From an uncultured Methylococcaceae bacterium (GTDB lineage: Bacteria; Pseudomonadota; Gammaproteobacteria; Methylococcales; Methylomonadaceae), in contig CAIVGC010000047.1 of assembly GCA_903905335.1 (NCBI GenBank), positions 1 through 47,991 of the forward strand: a DNA stretch of 47,991 nucleotides, written 5' to 3'. The translations under genes were made by a program, and so were the position numbers. This document shows positions 1 to 10,560 of the stretch, piece by piece; positions within the stretch are counted from its first letter, which is position 1, and the number at the start of each line of letters is the position of its first letter. The notes beneath the pieces are model-generated. The model saw nothing but the letters and a program-made list of their open reading frames with translations. It was not told the DNA's origin and searched no databases.

Positions 1-43
1 ATGAATGACTGTTCTCGACAAAACCCGGCTTATAGGCCGACTC
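1..43 (+). ncRNA. rnpB: RNase P RNA (class A), 3' end only; 5' part lies upstream of the window
   Basis: ATGAATGACTGTTCTCGACAAAACCCGGCTTATAGGCCGACTC matches the conserved 3' end of bacterial RNase P RNA (GAATGACTG...GACAGAACCCGGCTTA followed by the P1 3' strand); a T-rich tract follows; rnpB upstream of mraZ is common in Gammaproteobacteria. Confidence 0.9.
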
Positions 44-99
44 TTTCTTTTTATTTCCCCTGTAAATGGCTGCTTTTGTGGTTAAAAGTTAAGTTTAAT

Positions 100-126
100 T
101 TACGCTCATTACGCTCATTACGCGCA
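100..126. repeat. 9-bp tandem repeat (TTACGCTCA x2 + TTACGCGCA)
   Basis: Read directly from the sequence. Confidence 0.7.
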
Positions 127-485
127 GACAAAAGTCAGTTTCGCAGTTATTATTTTCTTTTTTACGATACGTAGCACTAATATCTACTGGGCATTCGTTG
201 CTTGTAAGTATTCTGTGTTGGTATTGTATTTCTTTGACCTTTCAAGTTTATCCTTTGAATATTTCTTTAGAAGTTATGTTTTGTATAGGAGATATCATAA
301 TTCATTAGCCCTTTTCTCCCTAGCTCAGTAAAGCTAATCTAATCTTCATAATCCGCAAGTAATGATAAGTTGTGATGATTTCTGCCAACTATTTGATATA
401 AAGCATGATTTTTGTGGTTATTTTTAAATTTCGGGCATCAGAGTAAGTTACTTTTAAAAAAGAAAGTATTTGAATGAAATCTTCC

Positions 486-514
486 TTGACTGGATGATGT
501 TTCGAATTTATAGT
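486..514 (+). promoter_or_regulatory. sigma70 promoter of the dcw operon (Pmra)
   Basis: TTGACT (486-491), 17-bp spacer, TATAGT (509-514), just upstream of the MraZ boxes. Confidence 0.8.
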
Positions 515-520
515 TAGCCC

Positions 521-550
521 AAAGTGGTAAAAAGTGGTGTTAAGTGGTTA
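521..550 (+). promoter_or_regulatory. MraZ autorepression site (three GTGG boxes)
   Basis: AAGTGGT three times at exactly 10-bp spacing (GTGG at 524, 534, 544) between the promoter and mraZ. Confidence 0.85.
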
Positions 551-575
551 TTTTTAGCGAATTTTTGGGGGCTTT

Positions 576-1043
576 TTGTTTCGAGGCATAAGTTCGATCA
601 ATTTAGATGATAAGGGACGTCTTGCAATCCCAACACGTTATCGTGAAGAATTACAAGATTGCTGTGATCGTCAAATGGTGGTAACTGTTGCAGTAAATGA
701 GCAGTGCGTAGGTGAACATGGCTGTTTATGGTTGTATCCGCTTCCTGAATGGGAGAAATTAGAGTTAACGATAAGTAAATTACCCACATTGAATAAAATG
801 GCAGGAAAATTAAGGCGTTTTGTAATAGGTAATGCTTCTGAGTGTGAGATGGATGGTCAGGGACGATTATTATTGCCAGAGAAATTAAGAAAGTTTTCTC
901 AAATGGATAAGAAAATTGTCTTGGTGGGTCAGTTAAATAAATTTGAAATATGGAATGATGATGCTTGGATAGCTAAAGAGCAACAATGGTTAAATGGTGG
1001 CGATAATGATGGTTTGGAAGAATTAGGGACATTATCATTTTAA
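576..1043 (+). CDS. mraZ: division/cell wall cluster transcriptional repressor MraZ (TTG start)
   Basis: MFRG...LDDKGRLAIP and MDGQGRLLLP repeats; first gene of dcw. Confidence 0.97.
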   Translation: MFRGISSINLDDKGRLAIPTRYREELQDCCDRQMVVTVAVNEQCVGEHGCLWLYPLPEWEKLELTISKLPTLNKMAGKLRRFVIGNASECEMDGQGRLLLPEKLRKFSQMDKKIVLVGQLNKFEIWNDDAWIAKEQQWLNGGDNDGLEELGTLSF

Positions 1044-1053
1044 TACGAGGGAA

Positions 1054-1986
1054 TTGTTAATGGAACATTTGCCCGTTATGTATGCAGAGACTTTGCAGCA
1101 ATTAGACATTAAGAGCGATGGGGTTTATCTCGACTGTACTTTCGGTCGTGGTGGACATAGTCAAGGGATATTAGATTTATTAGGTTCAAATGGTCGGTTG
1201 ATAGCGTTTGATCGTGATGCTGATGCAATTAATGCAGGTCGAGCTCAAGACATGCTTTTGGATAAAAGATTTGCACTTAAACACAGCTGTTTTTCGGAGT
1301 TAGAAAACATAGTAAGTAGTGAAGGTCTAGTAGGAAAGATTGATGGTATTTTGTTGGATTTAGGTGTTTCTTCGCCTCAACTTGATACACCAGAAAGAGG
1401 CTTTAGTTTTTTGCGAGATGGTCCTTTGGATATGCGTATGGATAGCAGTGCTGGAGTATCAGCTGAACAATGGCTATTTAGTGTAGATGAAAAAGAGTTG
1501 GTTAAGGTTCTTTTTGAATATGGTGAAGAGAAGTTCGCTAGACGCATAGCCCGAGCAATATTAGAGCAACGAGTCAAATCTCCGATTACAACAACTAAAC
1601 AATTAGCAGATTTAATTGAAGATGTAGTGCCTATAAGGGAAAAGCATAAGCATCCTGCAACCCGGACTTTTCAAGCTATACGCATTGAAATCAATAAGGA
1701 ACTGGATGAGTTGTCTACGGTGTTGGATCAGGCTATAAAAGTGCTAGGTCCAGCAGGTAAGTTAGTGGTGATTTCTTTCCATTCTTTGGAAGACCGGATT
1801 GTAAAGCGCTTTATTAGAAATGAATCCGGCGCAAAACATAATCCTGGGAAACTGCCTATTAAAGAGATTGATATTCTTAAGGGTGTTTTAAAGAAAGCAG
1901 GAAAAGGATTAAAAGCTAGTCCTCAGGAAGTAAGTGAAAACCCAAGAGCCAGAAGTGCTGTTATGCGGGTTGCTGAGAAAATTTAA
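1054..1986 (+). CDS. rsmH: 16S rRNA m4C1402 methyltransferase RsmH (start may be the ATG at 1060)
   Basis: HLPVM, DCTFGRGGHS, DLGVSSPQLD, ISFHSLEDRIVK, NPRARSA motifs. Confidence 0.97.
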   Translation: MLMEHLPVMYAETLQQLDIKSDGVYLDCTFGRGGHSQGILDLLGSNGRLIAFDRDADAINAGRAQDMLLDKRFALKHSCFSELENIVSSEGLVGKIDGILLDLGVSSPQLDTPERGFSFLRDGPLDMRMDSSAGVSAEQWLFSVDEKELVKVLFEYGEEKFARRIARAILEQRVKSPITTTKQLADLIEDVVPIREKHKHPATRTFQAIRIEINKELDELSTVLDQAIKVLGPAGKLVVISFHSLEDRIVKRFIRNESGAKHNPGKLPIKEIDILKGVLKKAGKGLKASPQEVSENPRARSAVMRVAEKI

Positions 1987-2253
1987 ATGGTTATGTATCG
2001 GCTTCTAGGTGTGCTAGGCATAGTGCTGTTATTGTCGGCTTTAGCGGTAATTTATAGTAAATATTATTCACGTTTAGTTTTTATTGAGATTCAAAAACAA
2101 GAAAGGCAGTTGGATAATTATGAAGTTGAATGGGGGCAGATGCAACTGGAGTTGTCTATGTTAGCCGAGCAAAATAGAGTTGAGTTGATGGCGCGAGATC
2201 AACTAAAGCTGATAATTCCGTTGCGAGAAAAAATAATTTATATAAAACCGTAG
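1987..2253 (+). CDS. ftsL: cell division protein FtsL
   Basis: Short protein with one TM segment and a coiled coil (EWGQMQLE), between rsmH and ftsI. Confidence 0.92.
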   Translation: MVMYRLLGVLGIVLLLSALAVIYSKYYSRLVFIEIQKQERQLDNYEVEWGQMQLELSMLAEQNRVELMARDQLKLIIPLREKIIYIKP

Positions 2254-3981
2254 ATGTTAGATTTCCGAATTAGAGATGCAAGAAAGCCTTCGGTAAGTGA
2301 TTTTTCAGGGAGAAGAAGCTTCTTATTCTTATTTATGATGGTTTGTATGTTGATATTAATGGCTAGAGCTATTGATCTACAGGTTTTTAATAAGCAATTT
2401 CTCAAGGACGAAGGAGATAAAAGACAGATTGACGATGTGTCTGTTTCTGCATATAGGGGCATGATAAAAGACAGAAATGGAGAGCCTCTTGCAATTAGTA
2501 CTCCAGTTGAATCTGTTGGAGTTAATCCACGAGAGTTTAAATTTATAAAACAGGATCAGGTCAGGCAAATGGAAAAGTTGCTGAGTTTGCCGAACGGAAA
2601 AATTAGTGCTTTGATAAAGCAATATGCACAAAGACGATTTATTTATGTAGCACGTCGGGTTAATCCACAGATTAGTGAACAGGTCAAAGCTATGAAGCTT
2701 GACGGTGTATATTTTGAGAGAGAATTTAAGCGCTTTTACCCTGCAGGTGCCGTGTCTGCTCATATAGTTGGCTTTACTGATTTTGAAGATGTAGGGCAGG
2801 AAGGAATCGAATCTGCTTATGAAAAGCAACTTAAAGGGAGTGAGGGAAGTAAAAGGGTTGTCAGGGATGGGCAGCGTCGCATTATTGAGGATATAGAAAA
2901 CATAAAAGAGCCGGTATCTGGAAAGAATATTGAGCTAAGTATTGATCAACGTATTCAATATTTAGCTTATCGAGAATTACAGTTAGCGGTAAATCTTAAT
3001 AAAGCTAAGTCTGGCTCCCTAGTAATATTAGATGCGAAAAATGGGGAAATTTTGGCTGCGGTTAATCAACCTTCTTTTAATCCAAATACTAAAAGTAGTG
3101 TGACTGAAGGTTCGCATAGGAATAGAGCCTTAACTGATATTTTTGAGCCCGGTTCAACGGTTAAGCCATTTGTGGTTGCAGCAGCTTTGGACGGTGGTTA
3201 CATTAATCCTAATAGTATGTTTGTAACTAATGGGACGTATCAAATTGGTCGTAACACAGTTAAAGATGTACATAACTACGGTACATTGGATTTAACGCAT
3301 GTTATTAAGAAGTCCAGTAATATCGGGGTTAGTATGATGGCGTTAAAAATGCCACCTAAATATTTTTGGAATATTTACCATAAGCTTGGTTTTGGTGTTT
3401 CGGCAGAAACAGGCTTCCCTGGTGAAGCAAATGGCATTATGCGAGATTATAAAAAATGGAATGATTTTGATCGAGCCATTATGTCATTTGGTTACGGCTT
3501 AAATAGTTCAGCTTTACAGCTTGCGAGAGCCTATACCGCTTTGGCTGATGATGGTGTTTTACATTCAGTGAGTTTACTGAAGCGCGAAGAAGATGATGAT
3601 GTTGTAAGAGTATTTTCAGCTAAAACAGCTAAAAGCGTCAGAAAAATGATGGAAACTGTTTTGATGAAAGATGGTACTGCTTATGAAGGTAGAGTTGACG
3701 GTTATACGGCTGCGGGTAAAACTGGGACCGTAAAAAAAGCAGGTGCTGGTGGCTATACAGAAAAGAATTATTTTGCGGTTTTTGCAGGAATGGCGCCGGC
3801 TACTGATCCACGATTGATTGTTGTTGTCATGATAGATGAACCTTCGGCTGGTCAGTATTACGGTGGATTAGTTTCGGCCCCGGTGTTTTCTAAAGTAATG
3901 GCGGGTGCATTAAGGATACTTGAGGTTGCTCCAGATCAAGAAGAAACAATGCCTATTTTGTTAACCGAGAAAAATCAGTAA
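2254..3981 (+). CDS. ftsI: peptidoglycan D,D-transpeptidase FtsI (PBP3)
   Basis: RGMIKDRNG, EPGSTVKP (SxxK), KSSN (SxN), GKTGT (KTG). Confidence 0.96.
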   Translation: MLDFRIRDARKPSVSDFSGRRSFLFLFMMVCMLILMARAIDLQVFNKQFLKDEGDKRQIDDVSVSAYRGMIKDRNGEPLAISTPVESVGVNPREFKFIKQDQVRQMEKLLSLPNGKISALIKQYAQRRFIYVARRVNPQISEQVKAMKLDGVYFEREFKRFYPAGAVSAHIVGFTDFEDVGQEGIESAYEKQLKGSEGSKRVVRDGQRRIIEDIENIKEPVSGKNIELSIDQRIQYLAYRELQLAVNLNKAKSGSLVILDAKNGEILAAVNQPSFNPNTKSSVTEGSHRNRALTDIFEPGSTVKPFVVAAALDGGYINPNSMFVTNGTYQIGRNTVKDVHNYGTLDLTHVIKKSSNIGVSMMALKMPPKYFWNIYHKLGFGVSAETGFPGEANGIMRDYKKWNDFDRAIMSFGYGLNSSALQLARAYTALADDGVLHSVSLLKREEDDDVVRVFSAKTAKSVRKMMETVLMKDGTAYEGRVDGYTAAGKTGTVKKAGAGGYTEKNYFAVFAGMAPATDPRLIVVVMIDEPSAGQYYGGLVSAPVFSKVMAGALRILEVAPDQEETMPILLTEKNQ

Positions 3982-3987
3982 TTCTAT

Positions 3988-5490
3988 ATGACATTAAAAG
4001 AGCTTTTGAAAGATTGGGTTTCAAATATCACGATGAGCTCGTTTAACGATAATTCTATTTTAGGGCTAGCATTGGATAGCCGAGATATTCTTAAAGGATA
4101 TGTTTTTATTGCTTTAGCGGGAGCTAAGCAACATGGATTAACTTATGTCGATCAGGCTATAGATAAGGGTGCATGTGCAGTTGTTTATGATCCTGCAGAA
4201 AGTGAAGGCGTTCTAGCAGAGCATGAAAGTTTTGCTCAGATGATTGCTGTAGATGAACTTGCACTGAAATTGGGTGATATAGCAGCTCGTTTTTATGGGA
4301 ATCCTTCCGAATTGATGGCGGTTATTGGTATTACTGGAACTAATGGTAAAACATCCTGCAGTCAATTTTTAAGCCAGATGCTAGATGATTGCGGAATTAT
4401 AGGAACATTGGGTTGGGGTGAATGGAATAAGTTAAACAAAACAACTAATACCACACCTGATGCGTTGGAAACACAAAAAATTTTGGCAGAGCTACTAAAA
4501 GCAAATAAGAAAACAGTAGCTATGGAGGTTTCTTCTCATGGCTTGGATCAGGGACGAACTAATGGCGTTAAATTTAAAGGCGCTATATACACTAATATCA
4601 GTCGTGATCATTTGGATTATCACGGCACCATGGAAGCTTATTTACAAGCGAAGCTACTATTATTAAATAGAACCGATTTAAGCTTTGTTGTGGTGAATTT
4701 AGATGATTTATATAGGGATAAAATAATAGCAGCGGTGCCAGAGAATGTTGCGATATGGGGGATTAGCCTCAAGCAAAAAACTCAGCCTAATTGCCTTTGT
4801 ATTAATGCAGAGAATATATTGAACAAAGATGACGGTATCGAATTTGATTTGTATTACCAAGGTACAAAGCATCGGATAAAAGCCCCAATTTATGGTGATT
4901 TTAACGTGGAAAATGTATTAACAGTTTTCACAACTATGCTAGCAATGGGTATAACTGAGTCTGAAGCTATTAAAAGATTGGGGAGAATAAAGGCAATAAA
5001 TGGTCGTATGGAGCGATTTGGCAGTGATGAAGATCCTTTGATCTTTGTCGATTATGCCCATACCCCCGATGCTTTGGACAAGGTTCTATCGAGTGCTAAA
5101 AAGCATTGTACGGAAGCATTATGGGTAGTGTTTGGCTGCGGAGGCAATAGGGATAAAGGCAAGCGTTCGCAAATGGGACGAATCGCAGTTCAGTGGGCCG
5201 ATCATGTCATTATTACCGATGATAATCCTAGATTTGAAAATGCCTTAGATATTGTTAATGAAATATTAGTAGGTTGCCAAGACATAAATAATCAGGTTAC
5301 TAGCCGTAAAGTTGAGGTCATTCAAGATAGGGCACAGGCTATACAAAGCGTATTCGCTAGAGCTTCAGCAAAAGATTGTATTGTTGTTGCAGGTAAAGGA
5401 CATGAGTCATATCAGGAAATTAATGGGATTAGACTCAATTTCAGCGATAGTCAGGTTATTAATAATGCATTAATAGCGAGGACTGGATAG
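3988..5490 (+). CDS. murE: UDP-MurNAc-L-Ala-D-Glu--meso-DAP ligase MurE
   Basis: GITGTNGKTS, EVSSHGL, DHLDYH, DYAHTPD, DNPR (DAP specificity). Confidence 0.96.
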   Translation: MTLKELLKDWVSNITMSSFNDNSILGLALDSRDILKGYVFIALAGAKQHGLTYVDQAIDKGACAVVYDPAESEGVLAEHESFAQMIAVDELALKLGDIAARFYGNPSELMAVIGITGTNGKTSCSQFLSQMLDDCGIIGTLGWGEWNKLNKTTNTTPDALETQKILAELLKANKKTVAMEVSSHGLDQGRTNGVKFKGAIYTNISRDHLDYHGTMEAYLQAKLLLLNRTDLSFVVVNLDDLYRDKIIAAVPENVAIWGISLKQKTQPNCLCINAENILNKDDGIEFDLYYQGTKHRIKAPIYGDFNVENVLTVFTTMLAMGITESEAIKRLGRIKAINGRMERFGSDEDPLIFVDYAHTPDALDKVLSSAKKHCTEALWVVFGCGGNRDKGKRSQMGRIAVQWADHVIITDDNPRFENALDIVNEILVGCQDINNQVTSRKVEVIQDRAQAIQSVFARASAKDCIVVAGKGHESYQEINGIRLNFSDSQVINNALIARTG

Positions 5491-5491
5491 C

Positions 5492-6871
5492 ATGAAAATG
5501 ATGTTGAGTGACTGTGCTAAATCGATGCACGGGAAATTGATAGGTGAAGACCTCATGGTTGAATCTGTCAGCATAAATACTCGCACTATTAAACCAAATC
5601 AGCTTTATATTGCTATTAAAGGACAAAATTTTGATGGTCACCAGTTTATAGAGCAGGCAACCAATGCTGGGGCTTGTGCTGTTGTTGTAGAAAGAAAAAT
5701 TGAATCTAATTTGCCTTATATTCTTGTTGAGGATACTTGCTTAGCATTAGCTGAATTAGCGGGTGCATGGCGAAAATCTCTTGATAAAGACATAGGGCCA
5801 GCACTTTCTATCGCAGGGGTAACTGGAAGCAACGGCAAGACTACGGTAAAGGAAATGCTAGCGGCTATTTTAGCGGTTAATGACCCTGTCTTGTATACGC
5901 AAGGTAATTTAAATAATGATATTGGTGTGCCATTAACGTTATTTAAATTAGACGAGCAACATCGATATGCTGTGATTGAAATGGGCGCAAATCATGTTGG
6001 TGAGATTGCCTATACTAGTCAGTTTGTAAATGCTGATGTAGTGATTATTACTAATGCAGGCGCTGCCCATCTTGCTGGTTTTGAAAGTCTTGATAACGTT
6101 GCAAAAGCAAAAGGCGAAATTATTGAAACGTTAAAAATGACTGGCACTGCAATTATCAATCACGATGATGAGTATTTTGGGTATTGGCAGTCGGTTGCTG
6201 GGAATAGACCAATAGCATCTTTTGGTTTACAAAAAGGGGCTGATGTAACAGCAAATGTAATTAAAGAAATAATTCATAATAAAGCTTTTATTACACAATT
6301 TGAATTAAGTACCAATCAAGGTTTAGTTGATATCACTTTAAAATTGGCTGGTCGGCATAATGTCCTTAATGCCTTAGCAGCATCTGCGGCAAGTTTAGCT
6401 TTAGGGATTAGTCTGATGCAGATTAAAGAAGGCTTGGAAAGCATAGTTCCAGTAAATGGTCGATTACAACCATTAGTTAGCCGTACAGGCGCAATCATAA
6501 TAGATGATACCTATAATGCAAATTCGGCGTCATTGAAAGTTGCTCTTGATGTATTAGAAAATTTTGAAGGTAAGTCACTTGTGGTTTTAGGAGCATTTGG
6601 CGAATTAGGACCAAATAGCCCAAAAATGCATGAAGAAATGGGTGTGCTAATTAAAGCTTATGGCGTTTCAAGATTGATGGCCGTAGGGTCAGATTGCAAA
6701 AATACAATAGAAGCCTTTGGCGAGGGTGCTACTTTTTTTGAGAATCAACTAGATTTAATTACGGCGCTGAAACAAGAGTTAGAAGGTAATGAGACAGTAT
6801 TAATTAAAGGCTCAAGAGCACAGCGCATGGAAACAGTCGTAGCGGCTTTAGTTGACGATTTCAGGAATTGA
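5492..6871 (+). CDS. murF: UDP-MurNAc-tripeptide--D-Ala-D-Ala ligase MurF
   Basis: GVTGSNGKTTVKEM, NLNNDIGVP, EMGANH, DDTYNAN, KGSR. Confidence 0.96.
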   Translation: MKMMLSDCAKSMHGKLIGEDLMVESVSINTRTIKPNQLYIAIKGQNFDGHQFIEQATNAGACAVVVERKIESNLPYILVEDTCLALAELAGAWRKSLDKDIGPALSIAGVTGSNGKTTVKEMLAAILAVNDPVLYTQGNLNNDIGVPLTLFKLDEQHRYAVIEMGANHVGEIAYTSQFVNADVVIITNAGAAHLAGFESLDNVAKAKGEIIETLKMTGTAIINHDDEYFGYWQSVAGNRPIASFGLQKGADVTANVIKEIIHNKAFITQFELSTNQGLVDITLKLAGRHNVLNALAASAASLALGISLMQIKEGLESIVPVNGRLQPLVSRTGAIIIDDTYNANSASLKVALDVLENFEGKSLVVLGAFGELGPNSPKMHEEMGVLIKAYGVSRLMAVGSDCKNTIEAFGEGATFFENQLDLITALKQELEGNETVLIKGSRAQRMETVVAALVDDFRN

Positions 6872-6874
6872 ACG

Positions 6875-7957
6875 ATGTTACTCTATTTTGCAGATTATTT
6901 AATGAGTTTTGATGGTGGCTTTAGGGTATTTCATTACCTGACTTTTCGAGCCATTCTTGGAGCACTAACTTCGTTGCTGATATGTTTTATGATCGGTCCG
7001 ACTATGATTAGAAAACTTAGTCATAAAAAGATCGGGCAAAGTATTCGTGAATTGGGTCCGCAATCGCATTATGAAAAATCTGGAACCCCCACTATGGGTG
7101 GAGCATTAATATTGGTTGCTATCGCTATTAGTACATTGCTGTGGGCTGATTTATCTAATCGTTATATATGGGTGATCTTATTAGTCACGATGAGTTACGG
7201 AGTAATAGGTTTTATTGATGATTATAGAAAGGTAATTGAAAGAAATAGCGATGGCCTGTCGGCAAAAGCAAAATATTTGGCTCAATCAATTATTGGCTTA
7301 ACAGCCGCGATATTTTTGTATAAGACAGCAATATTACCAGCAGAAACACAATTCATTGTGCCGTTTTTTAAAGACGTTATGTTGGATATGGGCTGGACTT
7401 ACATAGTTTTAACGTATTTTGTAATTGTTGGAACTAGCAATGCTGTAAATTTGACTGATGGCCTTGATGGTTTAGCCATTATGCCAACTGTAATGGTTGC
7501 TGCAGGTTTAGGTATTTTTGCATATTTATCTGGACATGTCGCTTTTTCAGAATATTTAGCAATTCCTTATTTACCTAATGCCGGTGAACTTATTGTATTT
7601 TGTGCCGCTTTAGTAGGTGCTGGGTTGGGTTTTTTATGGTTTAACACTTATCCAGCGATGGTATTTATGGGTGACGTTGGTGCATTAGCATTAGGTGCTG
7701 CCTTAGGTGTATTAGCTGTTTTAGTTAGGCAAGAAATCGTATTAATGATTATGGGAGGTGTTTTTGTCATGGAAACAGTCTCAGTCATTATTCAGGTTGC
7801 TTCATATAAGTTAACGGGAAAACGTGTATTTCGTATGGCACCTATACATCATCATTTTGAATTAAAAGGCTGGCCAGAACCGCGTGTAATTGTAAGATTT
7901 TGGATTATTACAGTTATCTTAGTATTAATCGGTTTGGCAACTTTAAAATTGAGGTAA
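6875..7957 (+). CDS. mraY: phospho-N-acetylmuramoyl-pentapeptide transferase MraY
   Basis: [34 protein letters not shown]. Confidence 0.97.
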   Translation: MLLYFADYLMSFDGGFRVFHYLTFRAILGALTSLLICFMIGPTMIRKLSHKKIGQSIRELGPQSHYEKSGTPTMGGALILVAIAISTLLWADLSNRYIWVILLVTMSYGVIGFIDDYRKVIERNSDGLSAKAKYLAQSIIGLTAAIFLYKTAILPAETQFIVPFFKDVMLDMGWTYIVLTYFVIVGTSNAVNLTDGLDGLAIMPTVMVAAGLGIFAYLSGHVAFSEYLAIPYLPNAGELIVFCAALVGAGLGFLWFNTYPAMVFMGDVGALALGAALGVLAVLVRQEIVLMIMGGVFVMETVSVIIQVASYKLTGKRVFRMAPIHHHFELKGWPEPRVIVRFWIITVILVLIGLATLKLR

Positions 7958-8011
7958 TCAATATGTATCAAGACAATTACTTTCAAATTATGATTGGTAT
8001 GAGTTAAAGGG

Positions 8012-9388
8012 ATGAAAGTGGATAGTGCGGCAATACTAAATTCATTGAACATGAAGTTAGCCTTGGATCCAAAAAATGCCAAAATCTTGGTTGTTGGTCT
8101 TGGTTATACAGGGATTTCTGTTGCTCGCTATTTGCAAAAATTGGGATTTAAGTTTGCTATTACAGATAGTCGAGATAGGCCTCCATTAATGGAAGACTTT
8201 ATGAAGAGCATGCCTGATACGCCAGTTTTTACAGGTGGATTTGATGAAGCAGCTTTCAAAGTCGCTACCCATTTGGTAGTGAGTCCAGGTGTTGCGTTGA
8301 CTGAAAAATCAATTGTTAAAGCAATAGCAAATGGAGCAAAAGTAATTAGTGATATTGATTTATTTGCTTGTTCGGTTACCGAACCAGTAGTAGCTATTAC
8401 AGGATCTAATGGTAAAAGTACAGTGACTACTATGTTAGGTGAAATGGTGTCGAGTATCGGTAAAAAAGTCGGTGTCGGTGGTAATTTAGGTACGCCAGCC
8501 TTAGATTTATTGGAACAAGATGCTGAATTATATGTGCTAGAGCTTTCAAGTTTTCAATTAGAAAGAACGACAGTATTAAATGCAACTGCAGCAACTGTAC
8601 TTAATGTTTCGGCTGATCATTTAGATCGGCATGTAGACATGATTGAATATGGCCAAAGCAAAAAAAATGTATTTAGTGGTAATGGTACGATGGTCATTAA
8701 TACTGATGATCTTGTTGTAGATGCAATGTCTGAAACAGCTAGGATGACGATAACCTTTTCAATAAAGAAAAAGGCCGACTTTTGGTTAGCTCATAAAAAT
8801 GATACCGAATATATGATGCATCAAAGCCAGTGCTTAATGCCATTATCTGATCTTCCTTTGGAAGGTCGGCATAATGCAGCTAATGCCCTCGCAGCCATGG
8901 CGTTAGGAAAGGTGATTGGCTTAGATGAGCAAGATATGTGCAGGGTTCTAAGAAAATTTAAAGGTTTAGACCATCGTATGCAACGTATTGCTGAAATAGG
9001 TGGCGTTACTTGGGTTAATGACTCGAAGGCCACAAATATCGGTGCTTGTATTGCAGCATTACAAGGTTACGATAGTAAAGTTATTCTAATTGCCGGTGGC
9101 GATGCAAAGGGTGCTGACATGAATGAATTAGCGCCTATTATTAAGGAAAAAGCGAAACATGTTGTTTTAATGGGCAAAGATGCTGCATTAATAAAACAAT
9201 CGCTAGATGATTCCGTCCCAGTTTATAACGCTGAAAATATGAATCAGGCAGTAAGTTTATGCGCCGGAATAGTAAAGCCTGGTGACTGTGTATTATTGTC
9301 TCCCGCATGTGCTAGTCTGGATCAATATAAGGATTATAAGGATAGAGGCAATCAGTTTTCTAAAGCCGTTCTGGACTTGCTTAAATGA
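8012..9388 (+). CDS. murD: UDP-MurNAc-L-Ala--D-Glu ligase MurD
   Basis: ITGSNGKST, ELSSFQLE, DHLDRH, NDSKATN, SPACAS. Confidence 0.96.
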   Translation: MKVDSAAILNSLNMKLALDPKNAKILVVGLGYTGISVARYLQKLGFKFAITDSRDRPPLMEDFMKSMPDTPVFTGGFDEAAFKVATHLVVSPGVALTEKSIVKAIANGAKVISDIDLFACSVTEPVVAITGSNGKSTVTTMLGEMVSSIGKKVGVGGNLGTPALDLLEQDAELYVLELSSFQLERTTVLNATAATVLNVSADHLDRHVDMIEYGQSKKNVFSGNGTMVINTDDLVVDAMSETARMTITFSIKKKADFWLAHKNDTEYMMHQSQCLMPLSDLPLEGRHNAANALAAMALGKVIGLDEQDMCRVLRKFKGLDHRMQRIAEIGGVTWVNDSKATNIGACIAALQGYDSKVILIAGGDAKGADMNELAPIIKEKAKHVVLMGKDAALIKQSLDDSVPVYNAENMNQAVSLCAGIVKPGDCVLLSPACASLDQYKDYKDRGNQFSKAVLDLLK

Positions 9389-10560
9389 AATTTTTAACAA
9401 AAGACTCGAAACTAGGACGGTTTCATTATGACCCTATATTAGTCTTAGCTTGTTCAAGTTTATTGATTATTGGTTATGTTATGGTTGCATCATCATCATT
9501 ACATTTAGGAACTAAATTTGCGGAAAATAGTTTCCATTATCCGATAAGGCAGTCGATACATATAGGACTAGGCCTTCTTTTAGGAATAGGAGTTGCCTTA
9601 ACTCCTATTGATATATGGCAGAAGTCGGGGCAGTGGTTATTTATATTAGGATTGTTTTTATTAGTGATAGTGCTAATACCTGGTCTTGGAGTAAAAGTTA
9701 ATGGAAGTACCCGATGGCTTTCATTGGGGGGTATGAGAATACAAGTGTCAGAACTGGTGAAATATTTTGCTGTTATTTATATGGCCGGTTACGTGACCCG
9801 ACATCAGAAATCGATACGAGAATCTGCTTTTGGTTTATTTAAGCCTTTTTTGTTATTTTCATTAGCAAGCATATTGCTATTAATAGAACCTGATTTTGGC
9901 TCAGCAGTAGTGATATTTATTATAGCGATGGGCATTATGTTTTTAGCTGGTGCACGATTATCACAATTTATTATGTTAATTACGATTGTTACAATACTTG
10001 CGACGTTACTGGTTCGTTTTCAATCTTATCGTATGAAGCGAGTAACCAGTTTTATGGATCCATGGGCCGATGCGAAGGATTCTGGTTATCAATTAGTACA
10101 TGCGCTTATATCATTTGGACGAGGAGAATGGTTAGGGGTTGGCTTGGGAAGTGGTATACAGAAACTTTATTATTTGCCTGAGGCTCATACAGATTTTTTA
10201 TTTTCAGTGATTGCCGAAGAATTAGGTTTACTGGGAGTACTAACTGTTATCAGTTTATTTTCCCTATTAGTTTGGCGCACCTTTAAAATTGGTATCGCAG
10301 CTGAAAAGGCTGGGGAACAATTTTCAGCTTATATTGCTTATGGACTTGGCATCTGGTTTGGTTTTCAATCATTTGTAAATATGGGTGTAAATATGGGGAT
10401 TTTGCCCACCAAAGGTCTGACTTTACCGTTAATGAGTTATGGTGGAGGAAGTATGATGATAATGTGTTGTGCTGTCGCTCTGTTATTTCGTGTTCATAAT
10501 GAGATAACAGAAATAAATACTAACCTTCCCAAAGAAAAGTCGAGATGGGTAAACGTATAG
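9385..10560 (+). CDS. ftsW: SEDS peptidoglycan glycosyltransferase FtsW
   Basis: VNGSTRW, EPDFGS, YLPEAHTDF, KGLTLPLMSYGG; multiple TM segments. Confidence 0.96.
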   Translation: MKFLTKDSKLGRFHYDPILVLACSSLLIIGYVMVASSSLHLGTKFAENSFHYPIRQSIHIGLGLLLGIGVALTPIDIWQKSGQWLFILGLFLLVIVLIPGLGVKVNGSTRWLSLGGMRIQVSELVKYFAVIYMAGYVTRHQKSIRESAFGLFKPFLLFSLASILLLIEPDFGSAVVIFIIAMGIMFLAGARLSQFIMLITIVTILATLLVRFQSYRMKRVTSFMDPWADAKDSGYQLVHALISFGRGEWLGVGLGSGIQKLYYLPEAHTDFLFSVIAEELGLLGVLTVISLFSLLVWRTFKIGIAAEKAGEQFSAYIAYGLGIWFGFQSFVNMGVNMGILPTKGLTLPLMSYGGGSMMIMCCAVALLFRVHNEITEINTNLPKEKSRWVNV

